Shown here: piece after piece, positions 37,914-51,135 of the stretch | Layout of the letters: every line of letters begins with the position of its first letter | Position numbering within the stretch: position 1 is the first letter of the stretch | Assembly: GCA_001687465.1 (NCBI GenBank) | Contig: LVLI01000007.1 | Span: forward strand, 1 to 64,000 | Length of the DNA: 64,000 bases | From: Halocafeteria seosinensis | Taxonomy: Eukaryota | Direction: 5' to 3' | Translations under genes and position numbers: made by a program | The notes under the pieces: generated by a model | Seen by the model: the letters and a program-made list of their open reading frames with translations, nothing else | What the model was told of the DNA's origin: nothing | The model's database searches: none

Positions 37914-38403
37914 GTGCAAGTAAGCCCTTTGATCAACAACAACAGAACCGCAACCAAGCAAAAGAAAACCATCAGAAACAAGAACTCGAAAACAAATAGA
38001 AAAAACTGTGGTGGCTCTTTGCATCACTGTCACATTTTCCTTGGCATGACTACACACAGTGTGGCATTCGTCCGGAATGCCATGTTATCAAATAGTTTTG
38101 CGCATGTCAACGAGAATGTTGGTGCATCGATCCATCACTGCCCTAGAAAAACATAAAAATAAACTAAAAACTATAAAACATCATTCCGTATACCATGACA
38201 ATTCTGGCACGCCTGGGGTCCCTGGGCTAAAAAATCGCGATCCAGGGCCGGCACACGACTCGTGTGACACGAGGTGTTCGATTGTTCTTCAATTTTTCGT
38301 ACTTCATCATGAAGATGTCCAGTATTGTTTGTGTTGGACAGAAACATAAGAGTGTCTCAAATAGAACAGGTTAGATAGACCAACAGCCTCTACAGGACAA
38401 GGA

Positions 38404-39144
38404 ATGTCAACCAGCGACACTTCGGGTGCAAAGCGTCAGCGCACGGATGGTGCTGGTGCTGGTGCTACTGCTACAGACGGAGGAGGGAAGCCCCTCTTGT
38501 ACAGCTACTGGCGAAGCACGTGCTCTTGGCGTGTGCGCATCGCGCTGGCTCTGAAAAATATCGAGTACGAATATAAAGCGGTGCACTTATTACGCGATGG
38601 TGGAGAACAACTTAAAGAGGACTACGCCAAACTGAATTCCATGAAAGAAGTACCGACGTTGAAAATCGACGGGGAGACGCTGACACAGTCCATGGCCATC
38701 TTGGAGTACTTGGAGGAAACCCACCCGGATACGAATCCGTTATTGCCCAAGGAACCCAAAGATCGAGCAAAAGTGCGGGCTCTCGCGAATATCATTGCCG
38801 CGGATACTCAGCCGGTACAAAACTTGAGAGTCCTGAAACATGTTATGAAGACGTTTGCAAATGAGAAAGAGAAGGACCAGGTGAAAATTGAATGGGGAAA
38901 CCATTGGATCACCAACAGTTTCCGTGGCTTGGAACAAGAGCTCAAACAGACGGCGGGGAAATATTCCTACGGTGATCAAGTCACTATAGTAGATCTATGC
39001 CTCGTCCCGCAAGTTTACAATGCAGGACGTTTCAAAGTAGATATGGAAGAGTTTCCGACGATTAACAAGGTATACGAAAATCTCAAAGACCTGCCGTCCT
39101 TCAAAGCTGCTCACCCCGAAAACCAACCTGATAACAACACGTAA
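38404..39144 (+). CDS. GSTZ1: Glutathione S-transferase zeta / maleylacetoacetate isomerase
   Basis: LYSYWRSTCSWRVRIALALK, TLTQSMAILEYLEE, QPVQNLRVL, DLCLVPQVYNA and AAHPENQPD motifs. Confidence 0.95.
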   Translation: MSTSDTSGAKRQRTDGAGAGATATDGGGKPLLYSYWRSTCSWRVRIALALKNIEYEYKAVHLLRDGGEQLKEDYAKLNSMKEVPTLKIDGETLTQSMAILEYLEETHPDTNPLLPKEPKDRAKVRALANIIAADTQPVQNLRVLKHVMKTFANEKEKDQVKIEWGNHWITNSFRGLEQELKQTAGKYSYGDQVTIVDLCLVPQVYNAGRFKVDMEEFPTINKVYENLKDLPSFKAAHPENQPDNNT

Positions 39145-39231
39145 GACGCTTTTAGACGACAGCAATATACCACAGAGACATGTGTATTCAGTTTGCTAAA
39201 AAAAATCCAGCACAAACCAAACCACGTCAAT

Positions 39232-41529
39232 TCATTCGTCAAACTCAGCTCGTTTCCTCAACGTATCCATGTAGGAGTCTATATCTTCGTGAATTTGGCG
39301 CGATTCCACGAGCTGTCGAGCAAAGTTGTCAATGATGCCGTTAGGCCTGGCAGCTTCTTCTAATTGCGAACGAACAGCCTGGCCCGTATTATCCGCAAAC
39401 GCGTCAAGAATTTGCCGAAACATCTTTATCAAGTTCGTATCGACACCCTCTCGGTGCTCTCCTCGTTGGGCATCCTCAATCACATTTTGCAACAAATCAT
39501 CGACATGCGATTCGAGACGAGTTTCCAGCTCACCTCGGAAAATATCATAAGGTTCCTGGGATAGATGCTTCACCTTCTCCATACGGTTTTCTAACAGGGC
39601 GTTGGTATGTGTCTGGAGGCACTCCCCAAGATAGTCTAACATTGAGTTGCTTGCATCGACTGCTTCCTCCTGAAGTGGTTCTTGTTGATCCTGCTGGGAG
39701 GATGACTGGTGGAAGGTTTCCTCACGTTCATTACTTTCTGAGGCTCTCTTCGACTGACGATACTCTGTGTTTGCTGCCTGTTGCGCTTGAGACTTCATCC
39801 GTTGGTCGTAGGCTCTTTCGGCCTCTTTGAAGAGTTCGTTTTCCTGTAGGACATCTTCGAGACTTGACATGCGTTGTCTTTGCCCAGTACCCGGAGATTC
39901 TTGAGCAGAGGTATGACCTCCTTGGTGTTGAGACTTTGATGCCGAATGCGTCCCATGATACTCGGTGAGCGCAATTTCAAGGAACCGTGTAACTTCGATT
40001 CTGGTACTTTCCCCCTTTCCACGACTTCTTGCACTTTGATCTAGCTCGCTGTTCACGATGGCCATGAAGCCCTTGAACAGTTCATCTTTTTCGCTTCCGA
40101 AGACAACTTTCGCTATCACATTGCACTCTCTTGATCCGAGGTATAAAGGTTTCGGACCGCGCCCCTTACTTTGACCGGTTGAGCGTCCCAGCTCAGTCCA
40201 TCGGGCGCGGAATGAAAAATTCAGCTCCCTTTGAATGACACTCCTCACGTAGAGGAAAAACAGAAGATCATCCGGGTCGTATGATTCTTCCAAGAATTGC
40301 GCAAATATGTCTACTTCCAGGTATTCCTTGCGGTACCGATCCACATTGTACAGCAAGTCCCAACACGTTTGGTGCACCAGCTGCTGCAGGCCATATCGCT
40401 TAGAAAAGAATTCGACAACAAATTGAGGGAAGGCTCTGGCGTGATGTCGTGCCTTCTTCTGCTCAACTTCTCCTCCTTCCACATCGTCTCTCAGTTCAGA
40501 GGTGTCGTGAGCATACCGTGAATCATAAATTTCCTCAATGAGCCTCATTACCCACGCGATCGGCTTTGGTTTTGGCATAATATCTTCATACATCTTAATA
40601 GATTGGCTGGAAGGCACATTCAGAAGCGAATGCTTGTATGACAAGCATCGTATGTGCGATTGGACTCTTAAAGACTTACGCAAACTTTGGGTAGCTAGCA
40701 AAATCAAATGCGACGTCAGCATCTGCTAGAGCTCGCATTATTTCGTCAGAATTTAGAGGCCGGCTTTGCCGAGATGGGGATATTTCTTCTTTGAAGTTCT
40801 GCGCACAAACAGTGATGTCGTAGTTGGAAGCATGAAACAAGATAGTCGTATTGATTCTGTTTAGCTTACCTTGTAATAGTTGTCGGCGTTTTGCGCGTCT
40901 TCCGATTGAGAATCCCATACAGGAACTCCGTGATCTTCGAGACACGACCTGTCATACATTCGGATCCGTGCCACGTAGTTACCATTGTTCATGTGTTGAA
41001 ACTGCGCAAATATTAACAAGGACACGTCATCAACGATTGAGATACACGGACAGATGGATAAACTTAGACAATGTGAACGTACCTTTACATCTTCCTCCAG
41101 CAGAAATCGAAATAAGAGCTCTCGCTCTTCCACTGACAAATCACGATATTTGATTACAGGGAGACTTCGCGGAACATCTTGGTTCGTTCCCTCTTGCTGC
41201 TGTTGCTGCGGTTGTGCACTATACCCATTCTGAGCAACATCCCCGAGCACCTCCTCTGCAGTGGCGGTCCCTGGAGGTTTATGCGTTTGCTGATTTTGAC
41301 CTCCCCTGGATGAGGAGGTGGACGTGGGCGGGCTGTATCGCTGCTGTTGCTTTCCCGCGGCCTGTGCCGGCGGGGGGCGTCTGGCGCCAGCTTGAGCATT
41401 CAATGCGGCCATTGTATGCTTCTGTGCAGCTGTCGGGGGACTTGTAGGAGACGACGAAGGTCCATTGCTTCCCACTCCCCTCTGGCGAGATCCTCCCGGC
41501 GTAGACCCATACGGCTTAGACTGATGCAT
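39232..41529 (-). CDS. Hypothetical multi-exon protein with low-complexity N-terminus and a helical core
   Basis: ATG 41529; GT-AG introns at about 41082-41002, 40869-40799 and 40679-40607 join the ORFs. Core WVMRLIEEIYDSR...FFSKRYGL...VDIFAQFLEESYDPDDLLFFL looks conserved but I cannot name it. Confidence 0.7.
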
Positions 41530-42077
41530 TTTTTCGGCGCGAACCACTGTCTCCTAACAGCGCGGCAAGAGTTACACCCTGACTGATGGAAATTGGGTGT
41601 GATTAACCTGTAAAGAAGGCAAATAAGCTTCGTAAAGCCCGGAAATCCGTTAGCCCGCCGCGCCTTGGATGGATTCAAGCAAGCCGAATCTCTTTTTTGA
41701 GGACCAATGATCCCCGACAAGCTGACCTCTTTCGAACAGGGAATGAGACGCGAAAATATCCCTCGAACCATACAGTCATTGGGTGTATGAATGCCTTCCA
41801 GAAGGCGAGGCAGAAAATCCCGGCCGAACGCCCGGATCCGGGCTCAAGGCCCGAGAACTTTGGCGAGAAGCGTACAGTACTAGTGGCATACTATGTATCA
41901 TATGAGTTTTTTTAGTTTTTTTTTTTTAATGATATATGGCGTGTTTGTTTGTCCGCACGGATACGCCTGGCATTGGGAAGCTTGCTCGGGTTGCGCTCAG
42001 GTCTAGAGCGCGTCCCGACATATATGGGATCATCAGTAAATAAATGGCCATGGGTTTACTATCACTAGAGGCTAACG

Positions 42078-42712
42078 ATGGCATTGCGCCGGAAAAGGAG
42101 TGTTAAGAGAGAACGCGAGTTGCAGGAGGACATTCAACGTATTCGAGTAGATGATCCGGACTACACGGAAACTCAAGGGGATTGTATCTGGATGACGAAG
42201 ATGCGAAAGATAGAGTGGATGCGTTGCGCCATGGAAATACGACGTTGAGCGAGATCAATTTAAAAGATAATCAGATCGGTGCTACGGGAGCAAGACATTT
42301 GGCGGATATCTTACGTGAAGGCAGTACGGCATTGACAAATGTTCAGTTGGATGGGAATCCACTCGGTGATACAGGGGCTCGACATTTGGCGGATGTCATG
42401 TGTGATAGAAACATGACCTTGAGAAGGATAGAATTTGCAGGGAATCATATTAGCGATATAGGGGCTCGATATTTGGCCGATGCCTTAAGTGCCAACACGA
42501 CACTGGTTTTCATAACATGGAAGAGAATCCAATCAGGGACGAATCTATTAGGAATAGAATTTACCATTCTGTATTCCAGAGAAACAAGCAAGCCAGCCGC
42601 GAGGGTCTACGTGCTGACACGTCGTGACCGCCATGTTCGGACAGCTCACCTTTCCGAAACCAGAGTGCCCAATCTTTGGCACACCCCTGGCCACGTTGGC
42701 TGGTGCGCTTGA
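42078..42712 (+). pseudogene. RI-like (NLRC3-type, ~28-aa) leucine-rich repeat gene with apparent frameshifts
   Basis: LSEINLKDNQIGATGARHLAD, VQLDGNPLGDTGARHLAD and FAGNHISDIGARYLADAL repeats. ATG 42078 is out of frame by one base at the G4 run 42177-42180; a second shift is likely near 42513. Confidence 0.7.
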
Positions 42713-43142
42713 CCGAGTAAGAGTTCGGTGTGGGTACAGAACGGGGCTGCCTCAACAAAAATTCCTTTTTGCTCAACCCCCTAACTGACTGGACGGCTCA
42801 TGCTTCGCAAATGCATCCTTATTTGTTCCCCATGCCAGATGTTTCCCCCTGTTTGCCACTCCCTTGAAGCTATGCAATCGCAGTCTACATCAGTGGCGAA
42901 GCATGGGATGCTGGCGTTTCCAATGTATCAGTGCGGTGTGCCGGAACCTAGTTACAGTGAGTGAAGCTACATATCTCTTTGATCCTAGGCACTTGGGAAG
43001 GTACAGGTTTGCCCTTCCTACGAGACCAGCATTCAAAGGAAGAACTTGTGCGCAGGACAAGACAATGCAGTCATACAAACAGCATTGGGATATGTCGCAG
43101 TATAGTTCTCAGCCAGTGCCCCTATCCATTGGCTGGCTGATA

Positions 43143-44607
43143 TTAGATCAACTGCACACCACGCGTTTCTAAGTAGTCTAAAGAGGAAACACCCAATTGA
43201 AAACATCCTTCCATATTCAATGATTTCAAGCTTTTTAAGTGATGGAAAGCATTGTCCGTTATGGTACATTGTTGACAGTCAGTCATATCCAAAAGCGTCA
43301 ATCTTGACAAGTGGCGAAATGCCAAGTCTGTTATTGTGCTTTGACTACATCCACCCATATTCAAGGCTTTCAAACTTGACAAGTGACGAAAGGCAACGTC
43401 TGAGATAGTTGTTTGATCGCATAACGACATGTCTAATCGTTCCAACTGCGAGAGATGTTGAAATCCAGCGTCTGCCACCGTAGTCTGGCAACACCATGAC
43501 ATATTCAATGAGCTCAAATTTCTCAAATATTGGAAGGCTTCATTTCGTCACTTGAGAACATCCGGACATATTCAATGACACCAATTGGGAGAGATGTCTG
43601 AATGCCTCATCCGATAGGGTGGGTTGATCACATCCCCTCATATCCAACCATTCTAAACTTGACAAGTGCGTGAATGCATTACTTGTTATTAGTGTTTGCG
43701 AGCATACGGTCATATCTAGTAAAGTCAAATTTGATAAATGCTTGAATGCACAATCTGAAAGAGCACTTTGCTCGCAAAACCCAACCTCCGCCCATCCAAT
43801 TCTTAGTGAGTTCAAATTGGACAAATGCTCAAATGCCAAATCACTGATGGTGGCGTTTTCCTTTCCGACTATGAGAAATGATTCCAGACACGATAAGTGT
43901 TGAAACGCGGAATCTGTTATTGTGCTTTGTTCGCATCCCGCTAGCTCTAGTGATTTCAAACCTGACATGCGCTGAAACGCGGAATCACTTATAGTAGTTT
44001 GATTGCACTCGACCATCTTCAGGAGGCTTAGGTTTGACAGGTGATCAAAGGCAAGGTCAGTGATTGAGCTTCCAACGCATCCGCACATTTCTAGCGCTCG
44101 CAAATTTATCAACTGACTGAAAGCGTCATCAGTCAACGTGCCGCATCTTTTCAATGTCAGCAAACTTACACCAGATGGGAAGTCACACAGTGACGTCAGC
44201 GTCGCTTGCCTGCCAGAACCAGGTTCGATAAACACGGTACCTGAGAAGTTTGGAAACTCTTTCCAGGGGGTCGAAAGCGCGCAAGTCTGAAGAGGTTGAT
44301 AGACTAACCCAGGCCAAGCCAATTTTCGGAGCCAGCAGTCACGCCTCCCGACTTGTGCAGCGTCTTCCCAGTACTTTACTGTACACCATAAGTCCCATCC
44401 AGCGGATCGGCGATGGTCTCTGAGCCTCTCTAGGTGTATGTAGAACTCTTCACTACCATCACTGACTTGCCGGAAGCGGCGGTGCTGGTACCAATTGACC
44501 AGATAGACCCAGAGTACGGACGCCCCCGCTGTGTTTCCCGGGTTTGTCTCCTCGGAAGAGTTGTATGATGTCGTCATCCAGGGCAATAGTATCGTGTATA
44601 CCCGCAC
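43143..44607 (-). CDS. 24-aa LRR family gene, copy 3 (longest; one 1-nt frameshift)
   Basis: VYLVNWYQ/YWEDAA/LAWP/WKEFPNFSGTV N-domain and more than 12 LRRs; removing one T at 43543-43545 joins the two ORFs (VTNEAFQYLRNL). Confidence 0.8.
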
Positions 44608-46187
44608 CTAGCGTTACCGACAACGCATCCACCGGGGCCGTATTAAATGATATCCAAAGGTTTGTATAGGAGAAAGAAGACATGATGGGTCAATACTTTC
44701 GGGTGGGGGCTAATCCATGGGTCGTCCATACTTCATTCACGTAACGTGAATCACGTTCACAGCAGACGCACGCTCTCACACCATTCAAATTCGCGTTACG
44801 GCTGAAGCCTGCAGCGACTCTTGTCGTGAGCAAGAGAGCGCTGCCCAAATGGGAGGGGACTGGGACTACTCCTCTCCGACTTTTTCCGTAAAGGAGACGC
44901 ATTGGGTCCAGTTGAATTGATGGTGTATCTCGCCGCCGGTCGCCGGACCCTCCCGGTCGCGTGGCGTCGAAACACTGTAGAGCCGATCAGGCTGATCTGC
45001 TAATCCGACAATTTGAAAAAGATTGACAGCGTGGTGGTTTATGCTACTTGTAGATGTATCAGCACGAGACAGTTTCCTGTTCGAAGATAGGTCTCACAAA
45101 CATTCATGATTACCCGGCCAATCTCCAATTTGGTATTGGCCGTAGAAAGCGGAAGAACTGAGCAAGACACACCCACACGGCAGTCTGGGCAACTGGTTTT
45201 TCTGCTCCTTGCCTCATTGAAGGAGACAATTTGAAAAAGTCTGACGAACTCACTCATTGGGAAAGACGCTCAAGAAGCTATTCGGATATTCGGAAGAATG
45301 TGCCGATGCAGCTCTGTTTGGAAGCAACGGCAATGTACCTACAGATATACTCGTAGTATCGAAATCGAATGACCGCGATATGCGAGCAGCTATGAATCGT
45401 AGAACGGAAAATTTCATCTCCACTTCGAAGGGAATACATACATTTGTAATTCCACTGACCACACGTTGACATCTGTACTCTAGGATTGACATGCTATCCC
45501 ATGTATCGATAACCCCGAGGAGCTAAAATGAAGAAGTAAGTTCGCTAAAGAAAGAAGCAAGATCCGTACAAAGGAAGAAAATAAGTCTTTTCTTCTTTCC
45601 CGGTACCATATTAAAATTTCTTGTATGGCAGCTGCAAGTTGGCAACCTGCAACTCAGTGGCATCCGATGGGCATATCTTACTGTGTGTTGGAAAAACATG
45701 GCAATAATAGTCTTTGCGGGTGTTTGTAATGTACATTGATGATACATGTTTTTTCGGGGAAAATTTGGGAACTCCCTCCTTTGAAGTACTTCAGGAATTC
45801 ATTTACCGGTATAAATTTATTTGCGCCAGGAATCCAAAACAACATACAAGACACATTGGTACTAGAAAACAGAGAATACAGCTAAAAAATTGTCTGCTTC
45901 ATGAGTACCCATTCTCGCACGCTACTACCAGCAGTATCTGTGATTCGCATGAAAAAATCCCAGAGTTGCAAATTCTTCATTCGGCCGGTGGTGTTCGGCC
46001 AGACCAACCACGTCCCGAGACTCTCGTCTCGTTTTTTCTTGAAGGTACATTACACAGGGGAAGTCAAAGGGGAAAAAAAAAGGTCCCCTTGAGGACCGCT
46101 CTTGCACTGGGAGATTGGCTCCATTTACCCGGATTGTAGACGATATACAGCCCTCCTTTTGGAATAACCCGTGAGATACGACCCAAA

Positions 46188-47208
46188 ATGAGTTCAACAT
46201 CCTCTTCGTCCATGCGGCGGGACTATGATTTCCTGTTTAAATTGGTTTTGATTGGGGATAGTGGGGTTGGCAAGTCCTGCTTACTGCTACGATTCGCGGA
46301 TGATGCCTTTACCGATAGTTATATCAGCACCATTGGTGTGGATTTTGTACGTGGTACCTTCGGAAGACCTATGCACACGTTGTGCAAGTGGAATGGAGTG
46401 ATTTTGCGCCATGTATGCAGAGATTTCGGACGGTAAAGACCCATGATAAAACTGTAAAGCTCCAAATTGTACGTTTACTACTGATCATAGAGCCATTTCT
46501 CTTGTGTTATCGCTGAGTAGGAATGTTATCACTACTGTCATTGTACTTTCTTTGTGTGTGCAGTGGGATACGGCGGGGCAGGAACGATTTCGAACGATTA
46601 CGAGGTATGTTGGACGCCACAGCGTTTGTTCTCTGTCGATAGTACACTGCATACGCACGAATAAGTGTGCCATGAAACCGAGTTTACGTTTAGAAAGGAC
46701 ACTCGGGGGAAGAGTAAGAGGAAAAAGAATGAGTTCACGGTCTTCTTCCCTGTATGATGCCTTGCAGTGCTTACTACCGTGGTGCGGACGGTATCATTAT
46801 GGTCTATGATGTCACTCATAAAGAGAGCTACAGAAATATCCGTGACTGGCTCAAAGAGGTGCAAAAGTACTCCAATGAAGGGACATGTAAATTGCTTATT
46901 GGAAACAAAGCCGACAGGGAGGACCGAGTGGTCACTTATGAAGAAGGTCAACAGTTAGCAGAGGAATTAGGCGTCCCTTTCTTAGAGACCAGTGCACGGA
47001 CAGCCGACAATGTGGATAATGCATTCATGAAAATGGCAGGACAGCTAATTGAAATGAGGTATGCTAGCGAAGACGCAAAAGGTTATTCTCTTTTGCGAAT
47101 TTTACCCCTGTTCATCGTTATCCGTACAGGGCTGATGCGAATGACGACGACAAAGATGATAAACTGGACATGAAGAAGGATAGGAGGAACAAGCAATCGT
47201 GCTGCTAG
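46188..47208 (+). CDS. RAB1: Rab1/Ypt1 small GTPase, 5 exons
   Basis: Exons 46188-46346, 46421-46468, 46564-46604, 46768-47058 and 47130-47208. [40 protein letters not shown] and C-terminal CC prenylation motif. Confidence 0.96.
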
Positions 47209-47632
47209 AAAATGAAAACGACCTGTCCACGTTTGATTAGTTAATGGAATATGATATAGTTAAAAAAAAATGCCGTTTTCTGGTGTGTGTATGATAACTT
47301 GAGGAAGCCTTCAGCCGGGCTCTAGACGTTCAGTCTCGCTTCTGAAGTCTGGGCTGACCTGATGAGATGGATGCTACCGCTCGAAGCTTAGATAACACCT
47401 TCTTACGTGGATGTTATGGATCTACTTCACGAACTCTTCTTATAGCAACCATGTAAAGACCATCTCTTTGCTCCGCCAGCTCGAGAGGCCCCGCCTCGTG
47501 CGTCTTTACTTACTGTTTCCTTATTTACTTCATCTGGCACACACTTACTTTCCCCAAATACGACATAATCGACGTTGCTCCGATATCCGTCTATTCAGTA
47601 GAGTTGCCCTAGTTTTCACCGCAAGCTAGAGT

Positions 47633-48201
47633 CTAGGCTTCTTCCAACGTGGGTGGCTCGGTTTTGGAACAGCTCTCATGATGAGGATGCACCCAACCCC
47701 ATTGCGTAGGAGGCCACACGACAGCCACTCCGACGCCTTTGAGTACAGCTTGGGGGACTTGTCCGAATCCGATAGAGTACTCTGTGTTGGAGCTATGCTC
47801 CGTAGACGGACCCACGACGCGATCGGCTTCCACCCACATCTTCCCTTTCCGTAGCACTTCCTTCGCGCCATCCATGGTGAGAATCTCTTCGCCTTCAATG
47901 CCTCGAAGCCTCAATGCCTGCGTTTTGGGCGGACGAAAGGGGGATCTGCAGCCATACCAAACAAATACATGTACCATACAGGTTCACTTCCTGTTGGGGA
48001 CAAGTCTTACTTGATTAGCACGAGTTCATTGCGCTGCGGTGCCTTGATGCTAAAGGTGTAGTCTTTCCTCCAAAGCATGAAGGCCCCTGGGGGAGGATTC
48101 TCAATTTCAGGAGGTACGCGTCCTAAAGAAGCGACGTGATCCCATACCACAACCCCGCATGGTATCGAAGTCGCACCGATCCATAGTTTCGATCTATTCA
48201 T
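47633..48201 (-). CDS. IMP1/IMP2-like mitochondrial inner-membrane peptidase (S26) homologue, catalytic dyad apparently absent
   Basis: ATG 48201, intron 48010-47946. IPCGVVVWDHVASLGRV, QRNELVLIKSPFRP, LRLRGIEGEEI, KGKMWVEAD and FGQVPQAVLKG..VVWPPTQWG follow the IMP2 motif order. Confidence 0.7.
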
Positions 48202-48806
48202 GGCTATTTGGGACAATTCATTGTAATCACGACTTTTTACCTTCTTGCAGAGCACATTGAAGTGAACAATACCATTAGGGGGACACAACTGTGTTATTAC
48301 TCGCTGTAGTACAAGCAAGACATCGATTCTTCTGCGAACTGCAGTTCAACCTAAGTAAAACCTGGCTACGAAGTTTAGTGTGGTGGCCAGACTGATGGTG
48401 AGCAATTTTATTTTCACAAGTTGGTGTGAAAAACTAGAATGGAAGTGACCTTGAGAGGCGGTCGCATACGGTAGACAAAAAGTACCACTGCATTTCCAAC
48501 TTGTGCTGCTCAACCGGGAACCTACTGTAAAGTATTCGGGAATCGTTTCTCAGTTATATTTGTGGCCTAGATTCTAAACGGCACTGTACGTCAAACGCAA
48601 GTCCTTCAACGAATGCTTTAACCGCGCGGATTGTGCTCCTTCCAATAATCGTTCTCTGTAGTCCCTAAACAACAGGTTGAACGTCACTCGGCCCGACTTC
48701 ACACACCCGTGTCGTTTATCCGTGGTATACACTGCACAGCGCACAGTGCACACAGTGGAGAGCTTTTGGATTGATCTGACTGGATAGCATTTTGTGTGAA
48801 TGAAAA

Positions 48807-49334
48807 ATGGCGCTGTCGACGAATGAAATAACGGTGAGAGATGAACGGGACGGTGATGCACATGAGATTGAAGTCGTCACGCAGGAGGCATTTCGGGAAG
48901 TTATATACAGCAGTCACACCGAGCATCACATCATCAACCACCTGCGGGAATCGGAAAATCTTACAGTCTCACTCGTGGCCGAAGATCCCGAACAAAATGC
49001 TGTCGTTGGACACGTCGCTGTCTCTCCCGTACAGATAAATGACGGGATTGGAGCTGGCACATGGTATGGTCTGGGACCTGTGGCTGTTAAACCAGGCTAC
49101 CAAAAGCGAGGTATTGGATCACGTCTAGTCGAGCAAGTGTTGCAACGCTTACGGGATTTAGGAGCCTCAGGATGCGTAGTGTTGGGGAATCCTAACTTCT
49201 ATCAACGCTTTGGTTTCCGACGTGAACCCTCGCTAGGACTGGCGGGTGCTCCAGCAGCGTACTTTCAGGCTGTGGTGTTCGATGGAGTAGTCCCAAAAGG
49301 AATGGTTACCTACCATGAATCTTTTAATACCTAG
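48807..49334 (+). CDS. GNAT N-acetyltransferase, bacterial YhbS-like, intronless
   Basis: SSHTEHHIINHLR..LTVSLVAE, GHVAVSPV, WYGLGPVAV, acetyl-CoA motif QKRGIG, GCVVLGNPNFYQRFGF and C-terminal GMVTYHESF. Confidence 0.9.
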   Translation: MALSTNEITVRDERDGDAHEIEVVTQEAFREVIYSSHTEHHIINHLRESENLTVSLVAEDPEQNAVVGHVAVSPVQINDGIGAGTWYGLGPVAVKPGYQKRGIGSRLVEQVLQRLRDLGASGCVVLGNPNFYQRFGFRREPSLGLAGAPAAYFQAVVFDGVVPKGMVTYHESFNT

Positions 49335-49518
49335 CAATGATAAGAGCTGCGCGGTTAAAATACTCCCCAAAATGGCTGACGGGCTTCTTTGGCGGGCGTC
49401 GTACGGAACACAACACAGCGTCAGCGCCTTAACAGAAGTATGTACAGAATGGGAGGGTGTGGATTTATGTATGCTTCGCTCTTTAATGGCAAAACAAAAA
49501 AAAAGCCTGCTCATGATT

Positions 49519-51135
49519 TCAGTCGTTCATCCAAATTTCCGCGAACCGGCTTTGCTGAAATCTGGACAGTCTTTGAACCACTTCATGGGCCACGGATAGT
49601 CGCCCGGTTCCTTGAATATTCAAACTACTCAAGTGAGATAGGTGTTGAAACGCACGGTAGATAATTGTCGACTGATCACAATCTTCCATAACAAGGCATT
49701 CTAGACTACGGAGATGTCGAAATGCAGTATCCGAAATCGTAGACTGGTTGCAGAGACTAATATCTAGATATGTCAAGCAGCGTAGATGACGAAATGAGGA
49801 GCCTGGGATCTGTGTGCAGTGCTGCATGCGTAATTCCTTGAGTCCACCCAGGGACTGGAACGCAACATCGGTGATCGTTGTTTGGTCACATCCAGATATA
49901 TCTAATGACTCCAAGTTGCGAAGATGCCGTAACGCATTGCTCGAAATTGTGTATTGCGAACAGTTCGCCATTGACAGTCACCGCAAGTTTGATAATGTCC
50001 GGAAGGCTGTTTCCCAAAGACCCTTATGATTGCATTTGTTTATAACGAGGGACAATAAATGTGACAAATGCTGGAAACTCTTGCCTCCGATGGTTGACTA
50101 ATTCCAGCCACGCATCGACAAGCACACGAGGTTCGACCAGTGTCTGAACGCTGAATGTGTTACACGGGAAGACTTGCAGTTGTCCATCTCCAGCACGGTA
50201 AGATTACTTAAGTTCTCAAACGACCTTTCGGAAGCACCTCGATGACTATGGACTAATCGTCTCAGTTTGCGCAAGTACTGGAAAGCGGGGTTCCTGAGTA
50301 GCACTTGACTGCAAGAGAGAACACTTAAGCCAGTTAGGGCAACGTAGGTATTGGAATGCGGCCTTTGTAATTGTTGTCTGGCTGCAACTGTCCATAAGAA
50401 GAGCTTCTAGTCCTGATACGTGCAAGAAGAGTTTATCTATGAGCTGGGTACACTTGCAGATACTCAGAGACTTCAGATTTCTTAGTGGCCTAAACGCGTC
50501 GTCAGTAAAGTCTGTTTGGGAGCAACTGCTGATTCGCAAGTATGTCAAGTTTTCCAGGTACTCAAACGCGGCATCCGACATTGTTTGACAGTTTCCAAGA
50601 CGTAGTCTTCTCAAATTTCCTGAGTATCGAAATTGTTCGTCCGACACAAAACTGCAATCGAAGATGCTTAACGCAGTTATCCGTGTAAGATAGGCAAACG
50701 ACTCCAATCGGATACCCGCTGACGCCTTGCGCAATAACACTTGCCCAGAAAAGTTTGGACATCTTGTATGTAAAAGAGTCGCTTTCTTGTGATTCCATGG
50801 CCAAAACCTTACGGCATAACCTTTCCACGTTAACAAGGTGATCCTTGTAGTACCACGGGCCGCGTCGTCCGTGGATGGCTTTGCTCCCGCGACTTCTTCC
50901 CAGTAGCCCACAACTTCCGCAATTTCTTGTGACGAATCGTCCACAGGGTCATCGCTCGTTTGTCTCCTGCAGGTTGCGCCATTGAAGGTACACGTTCAGC
51001 ACTTCCGTGGAAGACGCGGCCCAAAATTGGTCTTCCTGCATTTCCCACGACTGCTTTTCCATAGCTCGGATTGGCAACATCGGTACGGAGGGGAGGGTCC
51101 CCATACTGTACATGGTGCAGGCAGCTCGAGAGCAA
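49519..51135 (-). pseudogene. 24-aa LRR family gene, copy 4 (multiple frameshifts)
   Basis: VLNVYLQW, YWEEVA and PNFSGQV N-domain remnants; ITDVAFQSL/ISDTAFRHL repeats over at least four ORFs. Confidence 0.75.

Noticed and set aside
45039..45500. Coding-looking fragments upstream of Rab1
   Set aside because: Short, interrupted and without recognisable motifs.
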